From the IMG/VR virus record IMGVR_UViG_3300027983_002388: a stretch of 64,000 nt of DNA; one strand, given 5' to 3'. The notes under the pieces are model-generated. The model was not told the origin of the DNA, did no database searches, and saw only the letters and a program-made list of their open reading frames with translations. Source of the DNA: a virus. Lineage: Duplodnaviria > Caudoviricetes. Positions 62,763 to 64,000 of the stretch are shown here, one piece after another. The position numbers and the translations under genes were made by a program. Each line of letters opens with the position of its first letter. The first letter of the stretch is position 1.

Positions 62763-63718
62763 GCGTTGTTGTTATCCAGCAACAATAAAGGAAAGCCGCC
62801 CACCCATGCTGCTTGCGCCGCAATTGTTGCTGCTGGGTTGGTCAAAGCACCGGCAGACACGGCGAATTGGGCATATCCACCATCCATGAAGCCATTATCA
62901 ATGTTAATCGAACCGGGCCATGCTTTGGGCAATACTACTATTTGTCCCGTGGTTGCAGCAAGGCTCGGTCCACAACACAACATGCCTGCTGTTGTGCTTG
63001 TTGTGCTGGCCGACACGGCCATAAAATACAATTGGTCCTTGGACAGCGTTAGAGCAAGATCATCGCCAACTTTGCCCCATGTGCTCGCCGTTGTGGTAAT
63101 CGACATTTGCCCCGTCAATCTTTCCAACGTATCGCCGTTGTAGATCGCAGTTTGGTAAATTCCTGTGACATTACCAACGCCATAGAATCGAATCGTGTTT
63201 ACTATAATATTTTTTGGCGGTCTAAAATAGCTAATTCGGGCAATGGTGTTTGTTATATTGGTGGGTGTTGCTGCGATAGTGCCAGACATCTGAGCCATGC
63301 GCATGCCTTGCTGTGGATCGCTCCTGCCATAAGTCCAATGCAATTGTCCTTGCCAAGAATCGACAACGGATAAACCAGTATCAGATAAGTTGAAACCACT
63401 CTCAGCAAAATAGGTTATTGTGCCACTGGGTCCAATAGATATTTCTTTATACAGATTTTTTGAATTTGTCCCGTCATGGTGTAGGATTGTGACCACCACC
63501 GATGTCGTGTCGTCATTTGATATAATCAAACTTTTGACATTTCTTGTGCCTGATGATGGGCTGCTAACAACTGTTGTTGTTGTAGCACTTGAAATCGTTG
63601 TTGTTTGTCGTCCTGGAACAACCGTAGTATCATAATCCATGTAGCTTGAGTAAACACTCAAGCTAGTGGTGGTTGCCGTAGTGATCCGAATAGTATCAGT
63701 AGTTGCTAGGATAATCAT
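62759..63718 (-). CDS. Putative virion structural protein (Thr/Ser-rich beta protein)
   Basis: Lies between fibre genes; TAGATA 10 nt upstream. Confidence 0.6.
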   Translation of the reverse strand: MIILATTDTIRITTATTTSLSVYSSYMDYDTTVVPGRQTTTISSATTTTVVSSPSSGTRNVKSLIISNDDTTSVVVTILHHDGTNSKNLYKEISIGPSGTITYFAESGFNLSDTGLSVVDSWQGQLHWTYGRSDPQQGMRMAQMSGTIAATPTNITNTIARISYFRPPKNIIVNTIRFYGVGNVTGIYQTAIYNGDTLERLTGQMSITTTASTWGKVGDDLALTLSKDQLYFMAVSASTTSTTAGMLCCGPSLAATTGQIVVLPKAWPGSINIDNGFMDGGYAQFAVSAGALTNPAATIAAQAAWVGGFPLLLLDNNNA

Positions 63719-63762
63719 GCTGTATCTATATGCCCTTCAAAATTTTGTGAAATACAATCTTA

Positions 63763-64000
63763 TTATGGTCCGCACCATTCGCCTTGGTGTCCTTGGTAGC
63801 CCTTATCGCCCTGGAAGCCTTGGTAACCTTGGTAGCCCTGATGACCTTGGTATCCAATAATTGCGACACCTAATCCAATATTGGCCGAGTTTGAAAACAA
63901 CGAGCCTCCATTTGATAGGTATCCAACAGAAAAGTTATATTCTGTTGCGTTTTTCGTAACACTATTCGCCTGGAAAAAAGCGTGCTGCGTTGCAGTGATT
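63763..64000 (-). CDS. Second collagen-like fibre paralog (3' part only)
   Basis: FFQANSVTKNATEYNFSVGYLS...GYQGHQGYQG matches the C-terminus of 60810-62762. Confidence 0.75.
   Translation of the reverse strand, partial: ITATQHAFFQANSVTKNATEYNFSVGYLSNGGSLFSNSANIGLGVAIIGYQGHQGYQGYQGFQGDKGYQGHQGEWCGP

Overview
This is a 64-kb segment of a large myovirus-type (T4-superfamily or jumbo) phage genome read in the standard genetic code. The host is probably a planctomycete, judged from the EF-Tu switch-I signature. Left: tail-tube and baseplate-hub genes, a gp55-like sigma factor, glycosyltransferases, a PAS protein and an AAA+/vWA pair. Centre-left, minus strand: Holliday junction resolvase, GATase, CTP synthase, class II RNR and SbcCD. 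From ~30.4 to 52 kb lies a plus-strand translation island. It holds 10 tRNA genes (7 Leu, 2 Tyr, 1 Phe), EF-Tu, an editing-less ThrRS, a collapsed LeuRS relic, AlkB, an HDAC-family deacetylase and a minimal RNase P RNA. It also has a terminator-bounded RNA that mimics the 23S rRNA GTPase-associated centre. The tRNA array is preceded by a Leu/Ser-rich leader peptide with classic attenuator architecture. Right: DEDD exonuclease, a stand-alone major-capsid fragment, an UvsW-like helicase and collagen/beta-propeller fibre genes. Best leads: the tRNA-array attenuator, the rRNA-mimic RNA, phage RNase P RNA, dual long/short-arm tRNA-Leu sets with a LeuRS relic, and a -1 frameshift in the gp26-like gene. 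All family assignments are motif-based by eye; no database searches were run.
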